Assembly: GCA_040954595.2 (NCBI GenBank)
Contig: JBECUI020000024.1
Span: forward strand, 637,978-701,977
DNA: 64,000 bases
Reading direction: 5' to 3'
DNA from: Balanoglossus misakiensis
Taxonomy: Eukaryota > Animalia > Hemichordata
Shown here piece by piece: positions 38,250 through 52,100 of the stretch. Position 1 is the stretch's first letter. Each line of letters starts with the position of its first letter. Made by a program: the position numbers and the translations under genes. Under the pieces are notes generated by a model that was not told the origin of the DNA, ran no database searches, and worked only from the letters and a program-made list of their open reading frames with translations.

Positions 38250-41200
38250 TTAATGTTTACGATATCAGGACAATTTATATCATATGAAGTTTTATGTATT
38301 CATAATTATTCAGAGAAGCAAATTTTTAAAAATGTGAAATTGTTATCAATCGGATGTGCACTGACAGCATGCTTATATGGAATACAGGTACTCTAACACA
38401 ATCAGTCATAACACTTTTGAATCATCAATAAATAACATATAGAATAATTTTACAGGATTTAATTATTTATATTTGAACGCAAAGCGTAAATTCCCTTGTG
38501 CCATGGAATTCACAATCTGCAACTGGTGGGGTCCTTCTGCCAGTAAGAAGCATCAGATAAATTCTGCATGCTCATCACCGAGGCAATTTAGGTGTACTTT
38601 TGTACTTTGAGAACTGTCGGTTTTCGCAACTGAAACTCTGCTCACAGGACGGAGGAAAAACTAGAATGACAACAGCTATGTAAGCTAACAAAAGAAACAC
38701 AGAGCATAGTTCTCCATACTCATATTTTAATGCAATAATTTTTGCTGAAATTGGGGCGTCCGTGGGCAGGCAAAGGCAGTTCTAACTCAACTTGCAAATC
38801 AGGCCCATGTCTCTTGTTCCCTGAGACTGTCTGGTTCTAATAATAGCTGTAAGAACATAATCGTTGACCAAAGGGTTGGTTCAATTTTGCAACATTTTAT
38901 GATTTCAAGCTGTGCAATATTTGCAACTCTGTTTCAACTTTGGTTGGAGGGATGATGATGAAGCCATTTCACTGACAAAATAGCACTACTAACTGACATC
39001 CATATTTGTTTACAGTCAAATGCATTGCCATCAGAAAAATGCATACGAAAAAATTCTTATGTGAATAATACACACTTTCTTGCACAACTGCAAACTCTGT
39101 CACATTTGTGAAATTTTAAGGAAATTCATTCATTGGGTAGCTTTATGAATTCTTAAACAAACTTAGTCATGAAACCTAAATGGTTACCTTACACATCTGG
39201 CGGCTCGACTTCTGTGATATGATAGTCTTCAATTAATGTGTATGTGATTCCATACAAATCCATATGATTACCTGAACGTACAAAATAAATAAAAAATAAA
39301 AAATAAATTAAAAATAAATAAGTATCTCATACATATGCATAAGTGCTTGTGATAAATATATCCTGTATTTAAATAAACCTGTCATTTATTGACCTCGTTT
39401 TCCTATTAACCCAAAGGACTAGATTGCACTGTAATATTATTACAGCTTCATTTCATTACACTACATCATATTGGAGCAAATATGCCAGCTCAACATTGAT
39501 ATAAAGAGTGTCAAAATATTGGTGGCTACAAAAGCTTGTGTCCCTTCAATCCATCCTCGCACTCAGGTGAAAACGAACGTCATTAGTTTTTGGGAAAAAA
39601 CCTCTGAAATCAATTTCGGTGAGGCCAAATGTGTTCCAAAGGCAAACCGTTTCTGGTAAACAAATCAATGGCTAATAATTACTTCGGCGACATACCAATC
39701 AGTCAACATGGCTGCCTAATCGTTGGATAGCCCGGTTTCATCTCGCGATCATTCTGTCTTCCGATATGGCGTTGCATGGTTAAATTCGTCTCTTCTTTGC
39801 CGACATAGTCAGGCGACAGCGGTCGAGAAGCATAGGCAGCGACGCCATCTTGTTTACAATGTGAAGTATCGACTGCGCATGCTCAATAATTTTCCGCGTT
39901 TTTTTTTGCCAACGGCGCGCGCGCGGTGTCTGGTATAGAGAAAATAACATGCAAGTGCGCGATTATTCATTTGTAAAAAATCAGTTATACATTTGTCATC
40001 AACGTTTGAAAACTTTCAATGATCTTACCTCGGTAAGCATTTCAAATAGGTACATTTTTATTTAGAACCATCGTATGTGGAAAATAATAAAACATAGAGT
40101 GGGGATTGGCCCTATGTTTGACTTGATCATACCCAGCTCGGTTTGCGTTTTGTCATTGACGAGGGTGTCAGACTTTTGCTGAGAGAGTGAGTTTCTATAG
40201 CGTAAACGTTTATCGACTGGACTTTCTGTGCGCCAACAATTACATTATTTGTGGCCGGGGAACACGTGCAACTTTTGATGACTGTTTTTCTAGCGCCGTG
40301 TTTTTATCTTACGACCTAGAATACCTGCTTTCGTCACCATGGTCTGCTCTGCACGTACTATGCTTTCCAGTTTATGTAGCTTGAAGTTGTACCACATTTT
40401 GGTTTCCGAGCTGTAGCGAACATAAAACCGAAACTAATAGCTACGTGTTGACCACAGCGACTGCGTGTTTTTTTGTTGTATTCCCAACCTACAGTTTATT
40501 CTCATGCAGCTCAGACTGAGGTCGCTTCTAAGAGAAAAAACAACAGCATATTTTGGCTGCTGCCAGACCAGGAATGGAAAATCTTGAGTGGCGCTGGGCT
40601 GCATTTCTCTGTAGGACTGTAGTTGTATTGTGCAAGGGTTCGCCAGCATCGCCTTCAGACTTGTTGTCATAGTCACTGGTGGCGGTTTGTCCTGCACTAC
40701 TCGTCGTTCTATTTGATGCGGTGGTATTATTCCCAGATGTCTGTGCCGAGGATCCTGCCCGTTTTCCGATTCTCTTCGTTTTGTCGGCCATTTGCTTCAC
40801 TTTTTCTGTCATTGTTGCGACGTCAGTCTCTGTTGTTGTTCGAATGAGGCGAAAGTCCATTCACCATTAATAGCCGAATTTCCAAGATCGTCCGTTAATT
40901 ACAATGCGACGTCACGCTACCATGTCCTAAGAAAGACTACATGGCACATTTTTTTATCTCGTGCGCACGACTTACGTGTGCATGTGATATTTTCTCGTGA
41001 ACACGAGTGCGCTCGCAATTTTCTCGTGCGCACGAGATATGCACGAGATAGCATGTTTCTCGTGCACACGAGAAAACATCTCGCTGGAACAAGATACTAT
41101 CTCTTCCACAAGAAATAGAATAACTGGCAGCCACTATGATGTCTGCCACAGGCAAATTTAAATATTCCACTCTGGATCTTCTTTCAGCCCTTCGGAAAAC

Positions 41201-43613
41201 ATGAGCATTTATGAAATCCGGCTCTCAATTTTTCGAGAAGTTCCAGCAGTTGTGGTGTCGCCAAAAACGAATGTATGCCATTCCTGGCGGAAAAAAATAT
41301 GCAAGAGACGCTTGCAATACACTGCCATCTACCTGACCGCCCTACATGCCTTAATGTAAGGTAGAAGGTCGGGCGGTAGGAAGAGTTCACCAAAAGAGGG
41401 CGCATTTTATCATCCATTGATTTATACTGTGTACGAGCAGAGAAGCCTCAGTGTTCGCGGTTAGAACCGTATCGGTAAGACAAAGACAGAAGAGTTGACA
41501 GACAGCAAACTTATTCAGTTTATATCATATAATTCTTACTGTAAAACGTTCCCTGAATAAAGCCTTGTGCTCATAAGAACATTGAAGATTGTCGCATACA
41601 GACCGACACCCTTTTATCTATTGTAGGTATTGAATAGAACGCTAAATACCTGTGTATTTCTTATTCATTAAGCAATGATGTAACACAACAAGTTTCGGAC
41701 AGTGTGAAGAAAGGGCCAAAGCACTCTTGCAAGTTAGTGTTGTGTACTCTTTTCCAACACTGCTGCAAGCTGTTCAGCACCTGATGCTGCTTGTATCTCC
41801 GATGACAAATGGACAGTCTGTGTGCTGTCAAAGTAAATCCATCAATTTTGCGGAGCTGAAAGGAAAATGACAGCTTGTCAAACTCAAATCTGCCAGACGA
41901 AATAGGGAAAGAAATGCATAACAGGTAATCCACCATAGTATGAATTTTAGCCAGCATCCTATGAAATGCGGTGAAACGGAACTGCAATTAATTTTAAATG
42001 AATTCTGCTCAAATTGTTTTGTTAGTTCTCAACATTGGATTGGAACCGTTAAATATATTGTACCGTATAACATTATCATACAGGTTAGTATGTCAAATAT
42101 TTTTCCATTTGGCATTTTCTTCTTGAGGTCATTTCAACAGTATGCACACCACAGTTTGTGAGATATGGACAGAAACAAACAGGAATCTATGCAATGTTAT
42201 AATAGTATATTATTGTTAACAAGAAAGCGGCAACTCTCTGCCTGGCAGAGAATAATGATAGTCTTTTTGAAAAAAAGGGCGTGCTGAGGATATGGTCAGT
42301 CAAAAACATACATGTATAAGGTATGCCTGAACTAATTTTTAACATGGTGTACATAAATATTTATGCATTGTCACAATGACTGGAGGTCTTTAAATGACCA
42401 AGCTGTATGGACACCTCATTCAATGTTACATATATTTGTTATTACATGTTTATTGAAATTGCCAGTTGTCTGTTTTAATTCTGGCAGTTCTGCTGTGTCT
42501 TTTGTCTTGCCCTGACAGAATGCAGTAATATTTGCAGTACAAGAGGAGTGTCAGTAAATAGTGGAGCAATATCTTTCTACGAATGTACTCATGCATTGCT
42601 CCAAAGTGAAGTACATTCGCAAAACCAGTTTGGGAAATCGGGACTCTTTTCAAGATAATACCACATTTTTGTGGATGTCACATGACATGGAAACACTCTA
42701 GAATCACGATTGAGATAAGGTTTCGGTTTGATATACCACTTCCTTGTTATTTCAATCTGTATGTTTTCTTAACCCCCTCCCTCGAAAAAAGGTAATTGAG
42801 GTAATTGTAAAATTACCTGAAAACAAACAGGCTACTCTAGCCTCCATTTTATGAGGTTTGTGATGTAACATATTTTGAATTTCGTGAATCGATCTAAAGT
42901 TTCCGTGCACCAACTATCAAAAGTATACCAACAAATAATTTGGGCAATTCATAAGGAGAATCTAGTGGGTCAGCGGCTATAGAACTGACGTAAGTGTAAG
43001 TATCAGAGGATTGTGGGTACGAGGCTGGGAAGAGCAAAACTCGAACACTCATGAAATCTACACGTGACGCCAAATTCTTTGTAATATGAACAGTGGAAAA
43101 CTGCCATGCCATCCCTCTAAGTGCAAACTTCCAAAGATTTCAATCTGGTGATATTTAAAAAAAATATTTTATTCAAATTCATGTGGTGATATTTAAAAAA
43201 AAATATTTTATTCAAATTCATGTTATAAATTAAACTTGCATCTATGATATAGAAATGACTCTGTCTTATATAACAAAAATACAAATAACTTGGTTAGATG
43301 ACCAAAGATTTCCCATCTCGAAAAGTTTCTACCAAAATGACTAACTCCAAATCTGCTAAGAGAGCCCTAGCAAATTTAATCACTGCACATTACTCTCGAT
43401 AAAACGAAATATTGCGCATTCATTTTGTCCTTGAATTGAAATGCATGGCCAGTGTTCATAGACTTCACACACACAGGATGTTTAAGGAGTTGAATTGTTA
43501 TTGACAGCGACCAGGTCGGTAGATTCTATAGGATGAAGAAAAAATGAAAAGACAGTCAGTACATAGCTAAATTCTCCTATACAAGGGCGGCTTCAATTGG
43601 TACAGTGACTGAC

Positions 43614-43682
43614 TGAATGGATGAATGAATGAATGAATGAATGAATGAATGAATGAATGAATGAATGAATGAATGAATGATG
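43614..43682. repeat. (GAAT)n microsatellite
   Basis: Directly visible. Confidence 0.95.
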
Positions 43683-44565
43683 AACGGATGAGTCGTAATA
43701 ATATGCTTCAATCATAGGGGCTTTGAAAATTATTAAAATAAAATAAAAAATAATGTACTCACAACCGACATTTATACAACAGACAGCTCAAGAAACTCCT
43801 CCATGTGTACAATACTTTGCCAATTTAGTGACAACATCAGCTTGCAGAGCACGTGAGCACCGCTTTCGCCAGCCTGTGGTGCCCGCATATCTTTTTTGTT
43901 CAGCAGTAACATGCACGACGCATGCAGAGACACAAACGTCCATGTTGCAAATTGTAGATGAAAGCATCAGCTGCGCTGGTTTTATGGTCAGCATCACTGG
44001 CTGTTACATGAAAACTGTTTGTCACATACCTTAACCAACATATACGTGTATCTGTATGGAAAGAAAGTAGGCTCACCCCCGGTACAGTATTATTTTTTTT
44101 GCATGCACGCAATGGAATTTGCTAAACTGGGATCATCTGCGCGCATTTCAAAACGTGCTCGTTGCTTAACTTCGCGTGCTTTACTACTCACAATTATTCC
44201 ACTTGTGAACGAACACGTCACCCAATTTTACAGTGTAGCCATGTGGAAAACCGGTGACAAGGTAATATTTCATTCGAAGATCAACCTACGTTCAGAAAGT
44301 TTGCATTGTGGTGAATTCTCACTGCTCTCGCAATGCGGTCTGTGGCTCACTGCCGCAGACCGCATTACACGTAGAAATAAATTCTGTACGTCACAGTTCG
44401 TAGGTCGCATAGGTCATGGAGTTAATCCATTATACATTGCGGCTTACAATTTCTCGTGACCCTCTTATCATGCAGCTTGTGTGTTACTGACCACTGACGC
44501 ATGTCAAAACACTCAATATTTTTTTTTAATTTGCAAAATCTTTCATTTTAAAGTTGTGATACTCA

Positions 44566-44717
44566 CTGCAGATAGCATTCTTTTCAGTAGGAACTATTTC
44601 TGCTGCCATTTCAATATTGTCTGTATTCCATGTAAATATATTTCCTCCAATTGAACAGTCCCCCGCCAGAGCTGCAACCTCTTCTGCAGTCAGAACTTTT
44701 GACCACATGTATGTCAT
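44566..44717 (-). pseudogene. pentraxin-domain exon remnant
   Basis: MWSKVLTAEEVAALAGDCSIGGNIFTW matches the pentraxin C-terminal motif W..VL...EV..LA..C...GN...W; ends at a GTGAGT donor; 5' side is broken. Confidence 0.7.
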
Positions 44718-45559
44718 TTAGTCAAGACAATTTGGGAGAACTGTAGTTTAAAGCCTCCAAAGCTGCCACTTTTTGCATTATTTTCATGATTTTATTTTCC
44801 AACTTAAATTGGTTCATCAAAATAAGCTTACTGATAGATATACATAAACATCTTATCGATGCCCGATTGTGACTGCATGTTGCAATTGGAACATGCTATG
44901 TATTAAAACGGTGCCTCACCGATTTAAACAGCCTTCATACAAACAATAGCAGCTAAGCAGCTATCGTGAAATGCGACGCCAAGTGATGACAAACCAATGC
45001 AAATGCAAGTAATATGGCTTAATGGTCACGGGTGAAGATTTTAGGGAATAGGGAATATACATATGAAGTATTTTACTCTGGAAAAAAATATGCCAATTTT
45101 AGCAGCTATAGGGTTTTTAAAGCGCGGGCGAAGTATGAACAGATGCAGTAAATATCGATACATTGTATTTTGGAGGTTTCTCATAACCATGATTGGTTGG
45201 CTAATTATGCGGCGTTTTCTAAATAAAAGGAACAATATTAATTTATTGTTGGGGCTCACCTCCGTTAACATCTTGCCGTCTCTGCTGAGTTTTGGCCTCT
45301 TCCAGCGGCACGTGTTTGTCCTTTAGGGCATGCTGTAAAATATTTAGAATAGCGCTGCCATTTGATCAAAGGATAAGCTGGCTTCGCGTGTTAGGGATGT
45401 GTGTCTGACGACTATGCCTCGAAGCAAAAGACACAGCCGACCCTGCCACGCATATTCATTTGTTGTGTCACACATTTTCGATCCAAGAAGAGAATATCAA
45501 CCTTGACGTTGCGAAAATGACAAGAAACTTTCACTCATATAGGTTGTGTGATTACTTAC

Positions 45560-45716
45560 CCGCAACTTGTTGGGAATTGCTGTCACCAGAGGTGCCCACA
45601 GCGTGAAAGCCAGAATGACTGCGACGCCTGCATTGGATTCGTCATGAATGGAAACATCGATGAACACGTTCGGTCTTCGATGAGGCTAGTGTCCACAGAA
45701 TAGGCATTCTTTTATA
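45560..45716 (-). pseudogene. TATA box plus signal-peptide-like first exon remnant
   Basis: Minus-strand TATAAAAA at ~45710-45717; AGVAVILAFTLWAPLVTAIPNKLR then GTAAGT; nearby ATGs are out of frame with the hydrophobic stretch. Confidence 0.45.
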
Positions 45717-46188
45717 ACGCAGCTGGGAGGTGGTAAATCCATTGTGATTACCATGCTATTAGTAGCCCAAGCAGTCAAACTTTGCGAAAAATATATAAAT
45801 ATGGAAAAATATATCAATGGGATCAATAGTTATTAAGCACTTTTTAAAAACAAATGACACCGTAAGATCAATTATCTTGTTTTCCGCGACAAGTTTCAAC
45901 ATGGTATGTCAGCGCTACCAGTGAATAATATTATTAGAAACTATGACAGCTGTAACCGTGCGATTAATGATTTGATCAATTTTAATCATATACTTGTAAA
46001 TATTTGCGCGGGTGCTGGTTTAATAAACTGTGTTGATATATAGGTGGAAGACTGTTTAGTTTTCCAGTCAATTATGTGATGTATTACGCCTGACGCTTAA
46101 ATGATTTGGTCCAGGGAGAATAACCGCGTTTGGCCGGTCAAGCGAACCCTGGATCTTGCAGGCTCTGCCCACTTTCCAATCAACAACC

Positions 46189-49100
46189 ATTGAGCATGCG
46201 CAGTTGATACTTCACATTGTAAACAAGATGGTGTCGCTGTATATGCTTCTGGACCGCTGTCGCCCGACTATGTCGGCAAAGAAGAGACGAATTTAACCAA
46301 GCAACGCCATATCGGAAGATAGAATGATCGCGAGATGAAACCGGGATATCCAACGATTTGGCAGCCATGTTGATTGATTGGTAAGTCGCCGAAGTAACTA
46401 TTTGCCATTGATTTGTTTACCAGAAACGGTTTGCCTTTGGAACACATTTGACCTCACCGAAATTGATTTCAGAGTTTTTTCCCAAGAACTAATGACGTTC
46501 GTTTTCACCTTTCTGTCCCGAAGTTGCAAACGTGTTGTCTCTGAGAAAATAAATGTGATTTGTACCCGCGATAATCATAGTTCGGATTTCAACCCACAAC
46601 ATCAACGCCAGCCATTCACCAACATGTGCCAGATAATGTTTATCAGTCATATTTTCTCAGTCTGAATTTACAAAAGACTAATTGTATATTATGCACATTG
46701 CAATTTTAATATGTAACACGTTTGACCTGAGTGGGAGAATGGATTGAAGGGACACAAGCTTTTGTAGCCACTTATATTTTGACACTGTTTATATAAATGT
46801 TGAGCTGGCATATTTGTTCCCTTATGATGTAGTGTACCTGTTGCATTGAAATGAAGCTGTAATATTAAAGTGCAATTTAGTCCTTTGGTTTACTGGGAAA
46901 ATGAGGTCAATAAATGACAGGTTTATTTAGATATATGATATATTTCTCACAAGCACTTATGCATATGTATGAGATACTTATTTATTTTTAATTTATGTAT
47001 TTATTTTTAATTTATTTTGTATGTTCAGGTAATCATATGGATTTGTATGGAATCACATACACATTAATTAAAGACTATCATATCACAGAAGTCGAGCCTC
47101 CACATGTGTAAGGTAACCATTTAGGTTTCATGACTAAGTTTGTTTAAGAATTCATAAAGCACGAATTCTACCTAATGAATGAATTTTCTTAGAATTTCAC
47201 AACTGTGACAGGGTTTGCAGTTATGCGAAAAAGTGTTATTATTCACATACGAAACTTTTCGTAAACATTTTTCTGATGGCAATGCATTTAACTTTGAACA
47301 AATATTGACGTCAGTTAGTAGTGCTATTTTGTCATTGAAATTGCTTCATCATCATCCCTCCAACCAAAGTTGAAACTGAGTTGCAAATATTGCACAGCTT
47401 GAAATCATAAAATGTCGCAAAATTGAACCAACCATTCGGTCAACGATTATGTTCTTACAGCTATTATTAGAAGCAGACAGTCTCAGGGAACAAGATACAT
47501 GGGCCTGATTTGCAAACTGAGTTGGAACTAACCTTGCCTGCCCATGGATGCGCCAATTCAGTGAATCTTATCGTATTAAAAATGAATATGGAGAACTATT
47601 CTCTGTGTTGTGATTGTTAGCCTACATGTATACATATGTACCTTGAGTGATTCCACTTTCTTCAGTGTCCTGTGAATTCAGTTGCCATAACTTGCGCTTC
47701 ACACAGCGCATACATGTAGGTCTAATCAATTGGGCAACTGGGTCTTACAATATTATCTGATGCCTCTTACTGGCCGAAGGACCACAAGTTGCATTTTCAC
47801 ATCGCATATAAATAGAAAACCCATTAATTTCTACTGTATGATTTTATTGACGATTCAATAGTTTCATGACTGTTAGTGTTAATTACAATACCTAAATTCC
47901 CAAATGAAAGCATGCTGTCAGTTTTCATGTGATTGATATTAATTTTACAATTTCAAAATATGCTTAGCTCTGAATGATTATGAACATATCAAACTTCATG
48001 TTAAATAAACTGTCTTGATATTGTATACATTAAGGCCTACTACCAGTGTCACAACATTGATTTCCTGCATTTTTGCTCATGCCTTCTGACCAGTCAGTTG
48101 CCTCTGTATGTGTGTATGTAGTATGTATGGATGTATGTATGTCTGTCCACATCAAAATCTTGAAAACCCCTTCGCGTATCCCCTTGATATTTGGTGTGTA
48201 GATGTAGGCCAGCCTGTAAATAGGATTTTGTTCATATTAAGAAGGTTGAAGTATTTTCATGATTGGTTTTATTTGATTACTCCAGAAACATACAATACAG
48301 AGTCTGTGTGGTAAGTCTTGATATTGGGTTTTTAGATGCAGGCACGCCTGTTCAAATGAAATATGCTAATTACCTGGAGCAATGTGAAATTGATCAAAAC
48401 TCAGAAACTCAACAACTGGTCAGATTGCTTTGAACATTTGTATGCATGTAGCTTATGTCACGCCTGATATACTTTCAGCTAATATCGTGAATTGTATCTA
48501 GAATTTAGTAAGCTATTTCCTATAGGTAATCTTTGTTAGTATTGTTTAAATTGTGGCAAAATTTGTAATTTTTGGGAAATGTAATTTTGTCATTTTTGGT
48601 CAAAAATCATTTTCTCTGAAACTCCATGTCAGGTCAGGTTGCATTTAAATTTTGGTTTGCTTGTTCCATGAGGTAACCCAAGTAATGTTGTATATCATTT
48701 TGGTGAAATTTGCATATTTGTGGTCTTGAGGCAATTTTTGCAATTTGTATTCTTTGAAACCGCATGTCAAATTGCTTTCAATTTTGGTAGGCATGTTCCT
48801 TGTGGTGATTGAAGTGAGATATTGTTGGATTTGTTGATATCTGAATTTTTGTGGTTGAGGCAGTTTTTGTCATTGTTGAAGAAATGTTGTTTTCACTGAA
48901 AATACTCCGATTCCTGTGAAATTGTATTAGGTTACCTGGTAGGTCATATCTGCTTGGCAATGTCACAGCGGTGTACACACCTATTTTTGTGTAATCCAAA
49001 GTGTGTAATAACCTAGCAAATATTTACTAGTAAATCATGTATGTTCTACTTCTTACAAGGTTGAAGTATGTTGATGTCTGGGTTAAATGGGATTCTTCAG

Positions 49101-52100
49101 AAACATACAATACAGAGTCTGTGGTACAGTTCATGGTCACATTCAGAATTACCTAGTCTATATCCAGCCGTGTTCTGTCCGCTTTGCTTCCAAAAGTATC
49201 GTCTAGTGTCATGCATGCCACTTGCCCAATAATCTGACACCCCTTGCTGGGAAATTTGATGTAACAAGTGTCCCTTAGTGAAATTATTAACATAAACTGA
49301 ACAATGTTGATTTGGCGTAAGATTATAGTGAAGGCAGGGCTTATTACATTGAAAATGCTATCCAGCCTTAATTACACATTATGAATATCCTTTGTCCAAT
49401 CATTGGAAAAACAATGTACCGTAGACTTGCATAGCACTTTGAAGGTGAATCGCAAGTGGTCACTTTAATTACATTACCTCAAGCAGTCTTTTACATGTAG
49501 CTATAATAAGACAAACATTCCCGGTGTAATTAACATCACTGTTGTTATTAGTATCTATCTCCGATAAGTATCAAGTCTGCCTTATGTTATTTTAAGTCAA
49601 TTGTCAGGTTCATGTACATATTTTACAACTTATCTATCTTGTCAAAAACTTTCGCATGTACCTAATTCTAGGCTTACCAGTAGGGTTATAGATTAACATG
49701 CATTAATATGAAACTAAATGTTGATGGTTAATTAAAGACCCCCTTGAGCTATGGTAACCTCATTAAATATGTGCATATCTTATTCTAGAGGATGTGGTAA
49801 CCTGGACATGGACAACTCTGCGGTCAAAATCTTTTGACAAACTTTTGGGTGATCTTGGGTAAACTTTGACCTACATTCCTATATCTTGGCATCCGGCACA
49901 GATACATCCTTGACACTTGGAGTTATGGAACTATGTAATGGAATATTATGTCTTGTCTCATTAATTATGTACATACCTAATGCCAGCCTAACCAATAGGG
50001 CTGGAAGTCTGCCTTTTTTTGGACATGATACATTTGAGATCAACATTTTTCTACAGCAGCCAGCCTTCTCTTAAAAAGAATGGACAATATAAAGGCTTTG
50101 CTGGTATACTGAACTTTTGACTCCCTCCCTGAGACTGTGTGCCAATGACGGGATAGCCTACTCAGCGTTGGGTAGATCCTAAGAAGGCCTCAGCCAGGCA
50201 TCAGATACAAAAAGCGGAAATCCAAGCTTTAATGGTGGGTTACATCGTTAACTTCCCTGCAGAGCTGATTTCTCAGACTGTGAGCCAATGACGGGTAAAG
50301 CCCCTAGGTAGGGGCCACCTAAGACAGGCCGGTCATGCTTTAGTCACAAAGAAGGGCAAGTTCAGTCATACCATAACTTTGTCTGCTGTATATGCTTCAT
50401 AATGATTGCATGGTATTTTGAGAATACATTGTCTTAAGGCAGTGTGACCAGCTAAAAAGTACTGGCAAACACAGCCAATGTGTAATGAAAAACATCTAAT
50501 TTGGCTGAATAAAAGACATAAAACACAGCAAAAGCACTGTGACTAGCTGAGACATAATACTCCATTATGCATTTCCATCACTCCAAGTGTCAAGGTTGCA
50601 TCTGCTCTGGATGCCAAGATATAGTAATGTTGGTCAAGGTTAACCCAAAGTCACCCAAAGTTCTGTCAAACAATTTTGACCCCAATGTTGTCCATGTTTA
50701 GGTTTCTCCCTCCACTGGATAGCCTACAATTAGATATGCAAATATTTAATGACGTTACCATAGATTAAGGCGGTCCTAAATTAACCATGAAATTATAGTT
50801 TCATGTTAATTCTTGTTATTACAAAACACTGTATCTATAACCCTTCTGGAAGCCATACTTTTTTTCATGCTACCCAATATGTGAAAGTAGGTAAAAAATC
50901 AGCCAAGGTTATTTGAAATTTTGCTGAAAAAAATCCGGTCCCTGACATTTGGTAAAGGAGTCAAGACACTTGGCAACAAATTTTTGTCCCAGATTAGAAC
51001 ATATTCATAAAAAACTCAGGGAAAGAAGGAAGTTTTTCACAGCTTTGGTGCTTCAAATAGTAGAGAGGTTCCCAAGTTATTTCAATGAAACCTTAATGTC
51101 AACATTACATCGTTAGACTCGAACTCATCTGGCATAAAGCTGCTAGTTAAAGCCCTAAGGGTTGTGCCACTTTTTCATTATTTTCATCTAAGATTTGTCA
51201 ATCTAAATAAGCTTACTGCTAGGTATACATCTACATGAACATCTTGTTGACAGACGATTGTGGCTGTAATTTAAAGAAGTCAGATATTTAACAGGTACCA
51301 CACCTGTTTAATCTGCCTCTATACAAAGGGTACACATCTATAGTGGTATGCATCACCTAGATATGACAAACATAAGCACTACAAGTAATATGGCTTTATG
51401 GTGGCGATTTTGAAGGATGTGGAGAAGATTTGAAAAACACTCTTGAGGAAAAAGATGTGTTAAATCTTTGAAATGTGTTTTATTCTTTGGTTCCCATTTC
51501 GTATATGTCTATCTACCACTGGGACCAATGTGAAATTGGTGGAAACTGGTCAAATTGCTTTAGAAATTGGTGTGTATTCATTTTGAGACCTCATGGATTT
51601 TTTTTAATTTTTAGCTCACGTGAAAATCACGTGAGCTTATGGTTTAGCGATGTCTGTGTGTGTGTGTGTGTATGTATGTATGTGTGTGTGTGTCTGTCTG
51701 TATACCCGATATCTCAAGAACCGCGGAACCGATTTCAACCAAATTTAGTACACAGGTTCAGATATCATATGGCAAGAACTGAAAATGTTTTGGTGGGTGT
51801 GGCTTTGATATTAATGAAGTTATTTAAGTTTTAATTTTTCTATTACATGGCTGTCTATGTGAGCTTTCGTTAATGCCGCATATATGACCAGTGGAAACGA
51901 TAGTTTGAGGAGATCGACTGTTTGAGGGCGCTGTGAAATGAGACATTCCTGGCGATATTGCCGTTGTTCTGTCCATGCTCAGACGATGTACCCGTCGTTA
52001 CGAATAACTTCCCTACGTGAATCCACAAGGAAGCTAACGTTGTTTAGTTGCTTCATAGAGCGTAAATTGTTAATCTACAGGACTGTCAGACGAATACTCT

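Larger units (their letters stand above)
29835..39887 (+). repeat. left arm of a large diverged inverted duplication
   Basis: Collinear reverse-complement matches: 29835-30400/56690-57342, 31345-31700/55910-56265, 32570-32840/53950-54180, 33840-34460/49940-50570, 36690-37520/48370-49140, 38260-39887/46189-48030; ORFs 39723+ and 46368- translate almost identically. Confidence 0.92.

Noticed and set aside
39723-39938. Conserved duplicated small gene (with 46180-46368)
   Set aside because: Similarity is explained by the inverted duplication; non-ATG or different starts and ends, no recognisable domain.
41661-41987. Minus-strand coding exon
   Set aside because: Plausible splice signals but no recognisable peptide in any frame.
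43146-43222. ~38-bp tandem duplication (similar 44-bp one at 15374-15450)
   Set aside because: Ordinary slippage-type local duplications.
50275-50330. Canonical SECIS, hammerhead, twister or H/ACA snoRNA
   Set aside because: AUGA-to-AA spacing is too short for a SECIS, no CUGANGA/GAAA or twister core, no ACA box at the expected distance; retained only as an unassigned motif.
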